Positions 11,145-20,841 of a DNA stretch of 62,564 nt are shown piece after piece. The notes under the pieces were generated by a model. The model saw only the letters and a list, made by a program, of their open reading frames with translations. It did not search any database and was not told the DNA's origin. The position numbers and the translations under genes are program-made. Source of the DNA: an uncultured Muribaculaceae bacterium (GTDB lineage: Bacteria; Bacillota_I; Bacilli_A; RF39; UBA660); assembly GCA_964349455.1 (NCBI GenBank), contig CAYGGG010000001.1:1-62564 (forward strand), given 5' to 3'. The stretch's first letter is position 1. Each line of letters opens with the position of its first letter.

Positions 11145-11603
11145 TTATTCTTTAATATAAACAGTTTTATACTCTTCAGTTAAAATATTATTTTCTTTAC
11201 CACGAAGCGGACAACCCAAATCGTCAAAATGAGTATGCGTTTTATCAGCAAAATCTTTATACGTGTCATATTTCATTTCCGCTTTTAAATCATCAAATCG
11301 ATCAGTTGCATAATCATTGTCAGCAAATATTTGGTCATTATTAATAAATAACTCTATATTCCCTGCTTCTTTCATAAAGACAAATACATTTGAACTAATA
11401 TTCCAAACTAAATAATTATCTTCTTTATTGGTAAAGATAACATCTGCCGTTCTCGTCCAACCTTCATCTTCAAGATACCCTTCGATATACTCCGAACAGG
11501 TAACATCAACTGTTTTTTTATCGTCTTTTTTATCCTCATCATTTCCACAACCACATCCTGTTGCAACTAATGCCACAAATAACAATAATAATAGTTTTTT
11601 CAT
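11145..11603 (-). CDS. lipoprotein, function unknown
   Basis: Signal peptide with a lipobox, MKKLLLLLFVALVATG|C. Confidence 0.7.
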   Translation of the reverse strand: MKKLLLLLFVALVATGCGCGNDEDKKDDKKTVDVTCSEYIEGYLEDEGWTRTADVIFTNKEDNYLVWNISSNVFVFMKEAGNIELFINNDQIFADNDYATDRFDDLKAEMKYDTYKDFADKTHTHFDDLGCPLRGKENNILTEEYKTVYIKE

Positions 11604-11634
11604 TTACGCTCTCCTTTCATAATTATTCCTTTTC

Positions 11635-11663
11635 ATTATAATACAATAATCCTAAAAATGCAA
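11635..11663 (-). promoter_or_regulatory. sigma-70-type promoter of the lipoprotein gene
   Basis: Minus-sense TTGCAT (11658-11663), 17-nt spacer, TATAAT (11635-11640). Confidence 0.5.
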
Positions 11664-11670
11664 CATTTTT

Positions 11671-13434
11671 TTAATTTCCATTATTTATCGACCATCTTTT
11701 TACAACATCCGCATTACTACTAGTTGGTTCTGGAGCCGGCAAATCCATTTTAACAATCATTGGCACCTTAAACGCCTTTCCAAAAGCAACACAAGTCCCA
11801 GGCTGTAAACTCTTTTGTTTTTCAACAATTTCAGCACTAATATTCGGCAGCATTTTTCGAATATAATCCAAATCCCTTGGATGATTCATTTTAAAAATTA
11901 AAAAATTACTACATTGTGAAATAACGGTATCAGAAATTTCAACCGGGCGCTGCGAAATAAGATTTAACACCATCCCATACTTTCGACCCTCTTTTGCAAC
12001 CCGTTCGAACACATTGTAACCTAACAAGTAAACATCACGATCATTTTGAACATATCGGTGCGCCTCTTCAACAAAAATATGAATTGGAATTGAAGCCCGA
12101 TCTTTTAACCTTTTTGAAAAATCAAATAGCATTTTTGAATAAATTTTTACAACTACTTTTGCAAACCAATCATCAACATCTTCTAAATTAAAATTAATAA
12201 TTTGCGCCTTTTTCCCACCAATCGAAACCAAACTAGAAATAAAACTATCAATTGATGTATACTTAGGAACATCAAAAAATCGTTCGTACTCACCATTAAT
12301 AATTCCGTGCAAACGAACTTTCAAAGTAACAGCTTCATGATAAGTTTTTTCATTTCGCAAAAGACCTTCCGAAATCAAAGTAAATTCAAGTGCGCGTTCT
12401 AAATCTTGAACTGTATAATACGCTATTTTCGGTGGCTGGTGTTTTTCTAATTCTTCATCGATAAACTGCGTAATATAACTATTAACCAAAATGCTTTCAA
12501 CAAACTCGCCCTTTAAATCAATAATAAAACATTCACGAAACTTTCTAACATAACCAACTCCTTGCACCGGGGCTTCCAAGTTAAAATGACTCGTCTTACA
12601 AGAAGCAAAAATAGCAAAAATATCATTTCGCTTACTCGCTGCTGTTTGATTAGTATATAAAATTGTCATAATTGCCTTTGCAATCAAATGATCTTTGTAT
12701 TTTTCAGAAAGTTCATTTTCCTCGGAAAAAATCCTAGCCAGTTTTAACATTCGTTCAATAATTAACAATTGCGAATGCTCTTCCGCATCAAGCAACAAAG
12801 CAACCTCATCAACCCCTAAAAACCAAATTGGAATTTCTAACTTTACGCCCTTTGCTTGAAACTTATTAGTTGTGTATATTTTAAAATTAAAATTTGGATT
12901 AATTTGATTAATATTTTCAAACGCATTATGATATTCACCATAAGCATCAAAAATAAAAAAATTAGAACGAAAAGGAACAACATTCTTATTCAAAAAAATA
13001 TTTTGCAAAATACGAGCAACGCCATAAGACTTTCCACTACCGCTATTTCCAAAAATAGCCATATGATTACTAAACAATTCATTAATATCAACATAAATAG
13101 GACAATTATCATAAAGCGGTGACGACCCTAAATAAAAATTGCTCATATTGCTAGTTCCAACGATCATCGATAATTCTTCCTTTGTAATTAGTCGTAAACT
13201 AGCTGATAAAGTTGGTTTACGAATAACACCGCCAATGAACTGCCCATCAACAACTTCTCCAAGAAAACGAATCTTAATTATTTCCTTGCCAACGTCTTCA
13301 ACCTCACCAAGAATTTTCTTCTTTTCGTCTTCAAAAACAACATGCATATTCATCAAGTTAGTTGCCAATGACATTCCTGTTTCAACTTCAATATGCGCTA
13401 AATTATCGCTAATATACACTATCTTCCCAAACAT
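11671..13434 (-). CDS. HerA/DUF87-like ATPase (HAS-barrel plus FtsK/HerA-type P-loop)
   Basis: N-terminal beta-barrel region. Walker A FGNSGSGKS, Walker B IHIFVEEAHRY, and LNLISQRPVEISDTVISQCSNFLIFKM typical of HerA/DUF87. Strong AAGGGAGG RBS embedded in the end of ylxM. Confidence 0.8.
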   Translation of the reverse strand: MFGKIVYISDNLAHIEVETGMSLATNLMNMHVVFEDEKKKILGEVEDVGKEIIKIRFLGEVVDGQFIGGVIRKPTLSASLRLITKEELSMIVGTSNMSNFYLGSSPLYDNCPIYVDINELFSNHMAIFGNSGSGKSYGVARILQNIFLNKNVVPFRSNFFIFDAYGEYHNAFENINQINPNFNFKIYTTNKFQAKGVKLEIPIWFLGVDEVALLLDAEEHSQLLIIERMLKLARIFSEENELSEKYKDHLIAKAIMTILYTNQTAASKRNDIFAIFASCKTSHFNLEAPVQGVGYVRKFRECFIIDLKGEFVESILVNSYITQFIDEELEKHQPPKIAYYTVQDLERALEFTLISEGLLRNEKTYHEAVTLKVRLHGIINGEYERFFDVPKYTSIDSFISSLVSIGGKKAQIINFNLEDVDDWFAKVVVKIYSKMLFDFSKRLKDRASIPIHIFVEEAHRYVQNDRDVYLLGYNVFERVAKEGRKYGMVLNLISQRPVEISDTVISQCSNFLIFKMNHPRDLDYIRKMLPNISAEIVEKQKSLQPGTCVAFGKAFKVPMIVKMDLPAPEPTSSNADVVKRWSINNGN

Positions 13435-13435
13435 A

Positions 13436-13729
13436 CTAGACCTCCCTTAAGATTCTTAACACCTGTTTTTTAACCTCATTATCTTTTATCATTTTCTCAA
13501 TTTTTGCCGTTTTTTGCAATAGTTTTAACTTATTTTCTAAATCAAATAATTTTTCCTCAACTTCTTTTAATTGTTTATGGATAGCATTACGACTAATTTG
13601 ATTATTTTCAGCAATTTCTTGTAAAGACAAATTATCAAAATAATAATCAATAAAATATTCTTTTTGCTTTGAAGTCAACAACACTTGATAAAAATCAAAC
13701 AATTGACACAACAACAATTTTTCTTTCAC
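13436..13729 (-). CDS. ylxM: YlxM/UPF0122 putative SRP-associated HTH protein
   Basis: LFDFYQVLLTSKQKEYF...LSLQEIAENNQISRNAIHKQLK signature. The likely GTG start at 13729 overlaps the upstream stop (GTGA). Position after ftsY is as in Bacilli. Confidence 0.85.
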   Translation of the reverse strand: MKEKLLLCQLFDFYQVLLTSKQKEYFIDYYFDNLSLQEIAENNQISRNAIHKQLKEVEEKLFDLENKLKLLQKTAKIEKMIKDNEVKKQVLRILREV

Positions 13730-13965
13730 GCCATCACCAACAATAAGCAAATTACAGCAATAGCTAAATAAGCAACCGTAAAATACTTTCGCTTGAAAGT
13801 ATGATAATTATTATAAGCCATCCCAAACATTAAAAAGGCAAGCATCACATTTATAAGCATTTGAAATGCCGGTTCAATTAAAACCATTATAAATGTCATC
13901 ACTGTCGCAACGCTAAACATTAACTGGTAAATCAATCCAATCATTTGTTTTTGACTATACTTCAT
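13726..13965 (-). CDS. small integral membrane protein (about 79 aa, 2-3 TM)
   Basis: Hydrophobic ORF wedged between ftsY and ylxM with overlapping stops and starts. I chose the start at MKYSQK (13965). Confidence 0.5.
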   Translation of the reverse strand: MKYSQKQMIGLIYQLMFSVATVMTFIMVLIEPAFQMLINVMLAFLMFGMAYNNYHTFKRKYFTVAYLAIAVICLLLVMA

Positions 13966-14899
13966 CTTCCCACCCCCTAAACAATCCGTAAACATACTTT
14001 TCTAATTCAAACTTTTTTAAATCTTCCTTTTTTTCACCAAGACCAATAAATTTAACTGGTACTCCAGTTTCATCCTTAATCGCCAAAACAATCCCCCCCT
14101 TAGCTGTTCCATCCAATTTAGTTAAAATAATTCCAGTTACATTTACAATCTCACAAAAACTAATCGCTTGCGAAATACCATTTTGACCAGTTGTTGCATC
14201 AATTACTAACAACGTTTCGTGTGGTGCCCCCTCAACCAATCGTCCAATAACCTTATTTATTTTTTCCAATTCAGACATCAAATTTTCCTTGTTTTGCAAA
14301 CGTCCAGCCGTATCAATCAAAACAACGTCATAATTTTCTTTTCGCGCAATAGCCATTCCGTCAAAAATAACACTAGCAGGATCCCCATCACCTTCAATAA
14401 CCCGGATTCCCAATCGGGCGCCCCATTCACGCAACTGTTCCGTCGCTCCTGCACGAAACGTATCAGCCGCAATAATTAACACTTTTTTATTAAGTTCCTT
14501 CATCTGCCATGCCAGCTTAACCAAGGACGTTGTTTTTCCACTACCGTTAACACCAACAAAAAGCAATACCGTTAAATCAACAAACTTTATTTCATTATCA
14601 ATTTGACCGTAAAAAGAAATTAACGAATTAACCAATTCTTTTTTAAAATCAACAAACTTCATTTTTTTATCATTATTAATTTTATCAATAAACCGATTAA
14701 CTGTTTTAACACCCATATCAGCGCCAATTAATATTTCTTCTAACTCTTCAAAAAATGCACCATCAACATTGCGATATTTTTTTGCAAGCTCTTCAATTTT
14801 ACCAACAACATTTTCACTTGTCTTCAAAAAACCCTTTTCATAATCAGTTTTTTCTTCATTGCTTTTAAATAAATTCTTAAATTGATTGATTAACCCCAT
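13955..14899 (-). CDS. ftsY: signal recognition particle receptor FtsY
   Basis: SRP GTPase motifs GVNGSGKTTS, DTAGRL and TKLDGTAKGG. Confidence 0.95.
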   Translation of the reverse strand: MGLINQFKNLFKSNEEKTDYEKGFLKTSENVVGKIEELAKKYRNVDGAFFEELEEILIGADMGVKTVNRFIDKINNDKKMKFVDFKKELVNSLISFYGQIDNEIKFVDLTVLLFVGVNGSGKTTSLVKLAWQMKELNKKVLIIAADTFRAGATEQLREWGARLGIRVIEGDGDPASVIFDGMAIARKENYDVVLIDTAGRLQNKENLMSELEKINKVIGRLVEGAPHETLLVIDATTGQNGISQAISFCEIVNVTGIILTKLDGTAKGGIVLAIKDETGVPVKFIGLGEKKEDLKKFELEKYVYGLFRGWEDEV

Positions 14900-14942
14900 C
14901 TTACCACCTATTCTTATTTTACAATAAAAAAGATTAAATTAC

Positions 14943-14971
14943 TAGACAAAACAAAAAAAAAGAGTTATAAT
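14943..14971 (+). promoter_or_regulatory. sigma-70-type promoter of rnj
   Basis: TAGACA (14943-14948), 17-nt spacer, TATAAT (14966-14971). Confidence 0.5.
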
Positions 14972-15013
14972 GGTTTAGTTGCTTTTCGGTTAAAAAAAAA
15001 GAAAGGAGGAAAA

Positions 15014-16666
15014 ATGACTCAAAACACTAATGACGACACAAAAATTTTTGCACTCGGCGGTTTAGGCGAGGTTGGCAAAAACATGTTTTGTGTTGTTCAC
15101 AAAGAAGAAATAATCATTATTGATGCAGGAATTGCTTTCCCTCAAGGAGAACTACTGGGGATTGACTATGTTATTCCTGATTTTACCTATTTAAAACAAA
15201 ATGAAAGTAAAATAAAAGCTTTATTTATCACCCACGGGCATGAAGATCACATTGGTGGCATTCCGTTTTTATTACAAACCGTAAATGTTCCTTCTATTTA
15301 TGCACCAAATCAAGCAATTGGATTAATTAACAAAAAGTTAACCGAGAGAAATATCCAACACAAGCACCTACTTACATACGATGATAAAGCAAAATTTAAC
15401 TTTAAATATTTTCAACTAGAATTTTTCAAAACAACTCACTCAATTCCTGATTCACACGGTGTCTCAATTAAAACACCAAATGGGCGAATTGTTTTATCAG
15501 GCGATTTTAAATTTGATTTTACACCGATTGGTCCAATGACCGATCTTCATAAAATTGCTAGAATTGGCGAAGAAGGGGTTGATTTATTACTAAGCGATAG
15601 CACCAACGCTTTACACGAAGGAATATCAAGTAGCGAATCAAAAGTTGATGAAGCGTTAGGAGAAATGTTTAAAAAATATGAAGGGCGAATAATAATTGCC
15701 ACTTTTGCGTCAAATGTTTATCGCTTAAAACATATTATCGATACATGCAGAAGAAATAATCGTAAAATTGCCGTTTTTGGACGGAGTATGGAAAACAATC
15801 TTGAAAATTCAATTCAAAGCGGATTCATTAAAAAAGAAGATATCTTTATCACACCAGACGAGGCCAATTTATTACCCGATCATAAAGTTTGTTTGCTTTG
15901 TACCGGTAGCCAGGGCGAACCCCTTGCTGCATTAAGTCGAATTGCAAATGGAACTCATAAACAAATTGAATTAAGAGAAGGCGATATCGTCGTTTTCTCA
16001 TCTTCAGCAATTCCCGGTAATGCTTTGAGTATTTCAAGAACAATCAATAAACTTTATATGCGTAATGTTCAAGTATTCACTAACACTTCATTAAGCGATA
16101 TTCACACATCTGGTCATGGTAAACAAGAAGAATTAAAACTAATGATTCGCTTATTAAAACCAACTCACTTTATGCCAGTCCACGGTGAATTTAGAATGCA
16201 AAAAGCACACGCCAACTTGGCAATCGAATGCGGTATTCCCAAAAACAAAACATTTATCTTAAAAAATGGCGATGTATTATCACTCAATCAAAAAAAAGTA
16301 TCTTTAACGGGGACCGTCATTGCTGATAATGTATATATTGATGGAACGCAGGTTGGTAATATTAGTAATATAATCATGAAAGAAAGAAAAGCAATGTCCA
16401 ATGAAGGAATAATCATAATTGCTGCTAATGTTAAAAACAACAAATTACTAGCAGATCCAGTTCTTTCAACAAGAGGCTTTGTTTTAATAAATAATAGTTT
16501 AGAATTCTTAAACAAATTAGCTGAAATTGCTAAAACAACAATTAACCAAACCGAAAGATATGAAGAAATTGACAATAATTTAACAACTGCCATTAGTAGT
16601 TATATATTTGAAAAAACCGGCCGTAAGCCAGTTCTTGTCAATCTAATTAATCAAATAAATAGTTAA
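15014..16666 (+). CDS. rnj: ribonuclease J
   Basis: Metallo-beta-lactamase HGHEDHIGG, a beta-CASP region and a C-terminal domain; typical 550-aa length. AAAGGAGG RBS. Confidence 0.93.
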   Translation: MTQNTNDDTKIFALGGLGEVGKNMFCVVHKEEIIIIDAGIAFPQGELLGIDYVIPDFTYLKQNESKIKALFITHGHEDHIGGIPFLLQTVNVPSIYAPNQAIGLINKKLTERNIQHKHLLTYDDKAKFNFKYFQLEFFKTTHSIPDSHGVSIKTPNGRIVLSGDFKFDFTPIGPMTDLHKIARIGEEGVDLLLSDSTNALHEGISSSESKVDEALGEMFKKYEGRIIIATFASNVYRLKHIIDTCRRNNRKIAVFGRSMENNLENSIQSGFIKKEDIFITPDEANLLPDHKVCLLCTGSQGEPLAALSRIANGTHKQIELREGDIVVFSSSAIPGNALSISRTINKLYMRNVQVFTNTSLSDIHTSGHGKQEELKLMIRLLKPTHFMPVHGEFRMQKAHANLAIECGIPKNKTFILKNGDVLSLNQKKVSLTGTVIADNVYIDGTQVGNISNIIMKERKAMSNEGIIIIAANVKNNKLLADPVLSTRGFVLINNSLEFLNKLAEIAKTTINQTERYEEIDNNLTTAISSYIFEKTGRKPVLVNLINQINS

Positions 16667-17583
16667 CTTTTAACTATTTTTTTTGCAAATTTTGCAATCT
16701 TAATAAAGCGATGATATAAACCAGATTTTGTTATTTTTTGTTCTGTTTCCAAACTAATAATTTCCGCTAATTCCGTCAAAGAAGCATCTGGATATTTTAA
16801 ACGATAATCAGCAACAACCATTAACTTATTTGACAAGGCATCATACAACCCCTCATTTATAATCAAATTTATATCTCTAATTTGCTTATCTGAACTAAAA
16901 ATCGTTTTATCAACATTAGCTTGCTCACAATTATTTAAACGATTTGTCATGTTCTTATGATCACGATAAATTCTCACATCTTCAAAATAAAACAAGCCAC
17001 CCCCGGTTCCAATTATTTTCAAAAAGTCACTAATTTTTTCAGATTCTTTAATATAAATCATCATCTTCTTTTCTCGTTCTAATATTTTTGCATTTAGTGA
17101 AAAATTATTTAACAAATCCAAAATAAAAATCGCATAGTTAACATCATCAACCACAAACTCTAAATGGTAACTTGTTTTTTTAGGATCACTTAAACTCCCA
17201 ACCGCTAAAAAAATACCCCTTAAAAAAACTTTCTTCATTTCATCATCATCAATCACAAAAAACAACGGTAACTGTTGTTTTTTTTCAACACTTAAACCTA
17301 ACGTTTTTAAAACAAAATCATCTTTTTCCTCTATCTCTAAAATATAAATATAACGATTGCGAAACCGAAGCCCCTTACGAACCGTTATTTTACAATTAAT
17401 TTGAAAAACCTTTTTTGTTAAACTAAAAACTCTTTTTGCCAAAGCAACACTCTCAGTTGTTATTTTTAAATTGGTTTCAAAAAAACCGACAACACTAAAA
17501 ATAGCAGATAATTCGGAAATTGCTTCCAATCTACTACTCTCAATTCCGACAATTTCATTTTTTAGTTGTGAAGTAAAAGACAT
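16663..17583 (-). CDS. whiA: DNA-binding protein WhiA
   Basis: MSFTSQLKNEI N-terminus, a degenerate LAGLIDADG-like core and a C-terminal HTH (SLTELAEI...KSGLYHRF). About 306 aa. Confidence 0.85.
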   Translation of the reverse strand: MSFTSQLKNEIVGIESSRLEAISELSAIFSVVGFFETNLKITTESVALAKRVFSLTKKVFQINCKITVRKGLRFRNRYIYILEIEEKDDFVLKTLGLSVEKKQQLPLFFVIDDDEMKKVFLRGIFLAVGSLSDPKKTSYHLEFVVDDVNYAIFILDLLNNFSLNAKILEREKKMMIYIKESEKISDFLKIIGTGGGLFYFEDVRIYRDHKNMTNRLNNCEQANVDKTIFSSDKQIRDINLIINEGLYDALSNKLMVVADYRLKYPDASLTELAEIISLETEQKITKSGLYHRFIKIAKFAKKIVKS

Positions 17584-17593
17584 AAAATCACCC

Positions 17594-18799
17594 CTATAAG
17601 AAAAAATAATAAGAATTTTTTAATTCTAAAATATCATATTTTAATACTTTTTGATACAACATATTTTTACTAATCCGTTCACCATACTTTTCAAAAGTCT
17701 TCTTTTCACTACCAGTTAAATATGGTTCAATGATTTTTTTCACACTCTTCAAAGCGCCCTTAACATTTTCTTGTTTTTCTAAAGACTGATCAATCAACAA
17801 ATAAAACTGTAAAAAATTAGCATTACCTAACAATAACATTTTTTCGATTTCTAAATAACCTTTTTTGCTGCATTCTAATATCTTATATCGATATAAATCC
17901 CATTCAGCAAACAAATATTCTTTTTTCTTCTCCCGAATAATGACATTGTTACATTTAACGGCTGATATGTTTTTGTCCTTCACTTCCAACATAATATCAA
18001 CGTTAATTTCGAGTTTCATCACAAAATCAAGAAAAGAAATCAAATCAATTCGCTTTGAATGTGAACCATTTCTTTTTTTTACATCCTGATTTGAATAATG
18101 AATCTTTGGCGTTTCATCCCACGTATCAGCACATCTTTTAATTAACGAAAAAGGATTTTCATGTAAATTAGACGGATTTATTTGATCATGCAAATAATCA
18201 TAAACAACTGGTATTTTTAACTTTTCACTAATCATTAACACATCTAGCACATTATAAGACTTATCATCATTTTCCACGACTAGTCTTTTTTTTATCCTAT
18301 CATCTAACCGACGATAATTTTCGATGAAACGAACTATCGCCACTTCTTTGTCCTTATACACGCCACCAATGTGCAATATAATTTTATGATCATCATTAAG
18401 ACCTAAAGCAGTTAACACCTTCTCATGATAAGCTAAATCAGCAATTGCATTATTCACAACAGTAGCAGAAGGTGAATTTAAAACCGTATATTGACCAGGA
18501 TGCATCGAAACGCGCATATCATGTTTTTTAATTTTTTTGCCAATCAAATCAAACTGATCAACAAAATATTCCGCCCAATCAAAAACATTTAAAACACTTG
18601 ATCCAAATGGAATTAAATCTGATGAAATTCGAAACAATTTTATTTCATGTTTTATATTATATTCAATAATATTTAGCAATGAATTTAAATTATGGCGAAT
18701 AATTTTTTTTAAATTATTTTCATTTAAATTTTCCTTACGAAAAGTCTTAAAATCAGTATCCAAAACACCAACCGTTAAACAAGCATAACCAATCCTCAT
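17594..18799 (-). CDS. uvsE: UV DNA damage endonuclease UvsE/UvdE with a C-terminal extension
   Basis: MRIGYA..., LFRISSDLIPF, MHPGQYTVLNSP, HIGG and ENDDKSY align to B. subtilis UvsE. Confidence 0.85.
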   Translation of the reverse strand: MRIGYACLTVGVLDTDFKTFRKENLNENNLKKIIRHNLNSLLNIIEYNIKHEIKLFRISSDLIPFGSSVLNVFDWAEYFVDQFDLIGKKIKKHDMRVSMHPGQYTVLNSPSATVVNNAIADLAYHEKVLTALGLNDDHKIILHIGGVYKDKEVAIVRFIENYRRLDDRIKKRLVVENDDKSYNVLDVLMISEKLKIPVVYDYLHDQINPSNLHENPFSLIKRCADTWDETPKIHYSNQDVKKRNGSHSKRIDLISFLDFVMKLEINVDIMLEVKDKNISAVKCNNVIIREKKKEYLFAEWDLYRYKILECSKKGYLEIEKMLLLGNANFLQFYLLIDQSLEKQENVKGALKSVKKIIEPYLTGSEKKTFEKYGERISKNMLYQKVLKYDILELKNSYYFFL

Positions 18800-18812
18800 T
18801 TAATCACCCCCG

Positions 18813-19202
18813 TTAGCGAACAAAATAATAAGTAATCGATGAAACAGCAAGGGTTAGAAAACCACCCCAAGCAATATCAATTAACGTTACTTGAAGAGGC
18901 CAATCTTTAATCGTTGCTAAATTCGTTAAATCATATGTTGCATAAGTAATCGTTCCAAACAACAACGCCGCAATTACTAAATATCGAAAACTTTCTTTTT
19001 CAATTGCTGGATTAATTACAAAAAAAACAACCCCAACAATAAAGAACAAATAGAAAACACCAGCTGCTATCCAATTTGGACTATCTTTTAATAAAAAACC
19101 AATTTCTTTACTATAAAAATTACGAGCCACAAGTCCTAACCAAATACCATCAATAACTAAAAAAACAACCAAAGCAATCAAATAAATTTTTAAAAATCCC
19201 AT
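18813..19202 (-). CDS. DUF2177-family membrane protein
   Basis: Four TM helices and an N-terminal VIDGIWLGLVARNFY signature, as I remember it for DUF2177. Confidence 0.55.
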   Translation of the reverse strand: MGFLKIYLIALVVFLVIDGIWLGLVARNFYSKEIGFLLKDSPNWIAAGVFYLFFIVGVVFFVINPAIEKESFRYLVIAALLFGTITYATYDLTNLATIKDWPLQVTLIDIAWGGFLTLAVSSITYYFVR

Positions 19203-19204
19203 CT

Positions 19205-19963
19205 TTACCTCCTTCCTGGTCCTGGAAAAAACATATTTGTTTTTCTTGCATATTCAATAAAATCAGGTCGATTTTGATATTTTTTTTCTAACAAAGGCAC
19301 CCCTGAAACAAAAATCAATAAATAATTTATTAAAAGCGGACTGATTAAACTAATGTAACCAGATGGCACTGAAAGGGCGATTACACCAAGTCCAATCCAC
19401 ATTAGTCCCTCGCCAAAGTAATTCGGATGACGGGTGTATTTCCAAAGCCCAATAGTCATTAGTTTCCCTTTGTTCTTTTCCAAAGAAATAAACTTTTTTA
19501 ATTGATAATCACCGACCACTTCAAAGAAATATCCAATTATCCATAATAAAACTCCAACATAATCAAATAAGGTTAATCGCCCACTATCGCTCATTATAAA
19601 CACAATTGGTAATGAAATAATATATAACAAAACCATTTGTGACATAAAAACATTTACAAATGCTTTTATCTCTTGCTTGTCACCCCATTTTTTGCGCATT
19701 TCTTGATAACGAAAATCTTCTTCTTTATTCCAATTACGCAAAAACAAATGATAAGACAAACGAAGGCCCCATAATAAAATTAAAATAAAAACAACGTTTG
19801 ATCTAATATCAAAAGCACTAAAAAGATAGTTTACAATTGCAATTAAAACAAACCCAAGGCCCCAAGCAATATCAATTAAAGCATTGTTTTTCTTCTTTTG
19901 CGCTAAAAAGAAAAACAAACAAAAATAAACGAACAACAAAATTAAATTATAAAAAAACATCAT
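19205..19963 (-). CDS. DUF1295 / steroid 5-alpha-reductase-like membrane protein
   Basis: WKYTRHPNYFGE motif in a polytopic membrane protein. I chose the start at MMFFYN (19963) to avoid overlapping the mscS gene. Confidence 0.65.
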   Translation of the reverse strand: MMFFYNLILLFVYFCLFFFLAQKKKNNALIDIAWGLGFVLIAIVNYLFSAFDIRSNVVFILILLWGLRLSYHLFLRNWNKEEDFRYQEMRKKWGDKQEIKAFVNVFMSQMVLLYIISLPIVFIMSDSGRLTLFDYVGVLLWIIGYFFEVVGDYQLKKFISLEKNKGKLMTIGLWKYTRHPNYFGEGLMWIGLGVIALSVPSGYISLISPLLINYLLIFVSGVPLLEKKYQNRPDFIEYARKTNMFFPGPGRR

Positions 19964-20006
19964 ATTATCACCAAATTTATTATAACATAAAAAAAGAAGC
20001 GAAAAA

Positions 20007-20729
20007 TTAATCGTTCTTCTTAAGATGAACATCCATTTGCGGAAATGGAATTTTAATCTTCGCCCTATCAAATTCTTCTTTAACCTGTTCCATTAAATCG
20101 TAATACACCGTCCAATAATCTTCTGTCTTCGCCCAAACTCGAACAACAAACACCAAATCATTACTGCCGTGTTCAAATAATTTAATAAAGGGCTCTGGTT
20201 CTTTCATGATCAGCTCGTGTTGATCAATTACTTTCGTTAAAACTTTTTTTACCTTACTAATATTCGATTCATAATCAACATTAAACTTTAAATCAACTCG
20301 TCTCGTTTCATTTTTAGTAAAATTGGTAATTGCCGAATTAGCTAACCCACCATTCGGAATAAAAATTGTTTTATTGTCAAAAGTGTTAATTTCCGTATAA
20401 AGAATTTTAATCCCCGCAACAAATCCTAAAATACCATTGGTTTCAATCACATCTCCAACTTGAAAAGGCCTTGTTACTAACAATAAAACACCACCCGCAA
20501 AATTAGAAAGCGATCCTTGAAATGCAAGACCAACCGCAAAACCAAACGATGCCAGCACCGCAATAAAAGATGATGTATCAATTCCTAAAATTCCAATTAT
20601 CATTAAAATTAAGATAATTCGTGAACCAATACTTAAGACTGATACTAAAAAGGGTTTTAAATTGTCATCGATTTTACTTTTTATCATTACCTTTTCTAGT
20701 CGAACAACTAATCTCTTAATAATAAACAA
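20007..20729 (-). CDS. mscS: small-conductance mechanosensitive channel (MscS family); true start probably upstream of the track's TTG
   Basis: TM3-beta domain signature SNFAGGVLLLVTRPFQVGDVIE...IFIPNG. The frame stays open upstream to 20816 and encodes the missing TM1 (see findings). Confidence 0.85.
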   Translation of the reverse strand: MFIIKRLVVRLEKVMIKSKIDDNLKPFLVSVLSIGSRIILILMIIGILGIDTSSFIAVLASFGFAVGLAFQGSLSNFAGGVLLLVTRPFQVGDVIETNGILGFVAGIKILYTEINTFDNKTIFIPNGGLANSAITNFTKNETRRVDLKFNVDYESNISKVKKVLTKVIDQHELIMKEPEPFIKLFEHGSNDLVFVVRVWAKTEDYWTVYYDLMEQVKEEFDRAKIKIPFPQMDVHLKKND

Positions 20730-20841
20730 ACCAACAACTAATACAAATAAAGCGGCTGCTAAACTTTTTACAATTGGAATTATTTCTTCAATTATTCTTT
20801 CCGTTTTATCACTCCTTTAATTATCAATACTTCTTTTTTCA

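Noticed and set aside
16663-16666. Overlapping stop codons of convergent rnj and whiA with no terminator between them.
   Set aside because: The overlap is real, but it is a common consequence of genome compaction. There is no further structure to interpret.
20730-20819. A frameshift or pseudogene in the 5' part of mscS.
   Set aside because: Careful re-reading shows one continuous frame from 20816 into the annotated ORF. The problem is only the lack of a canonical start codon.
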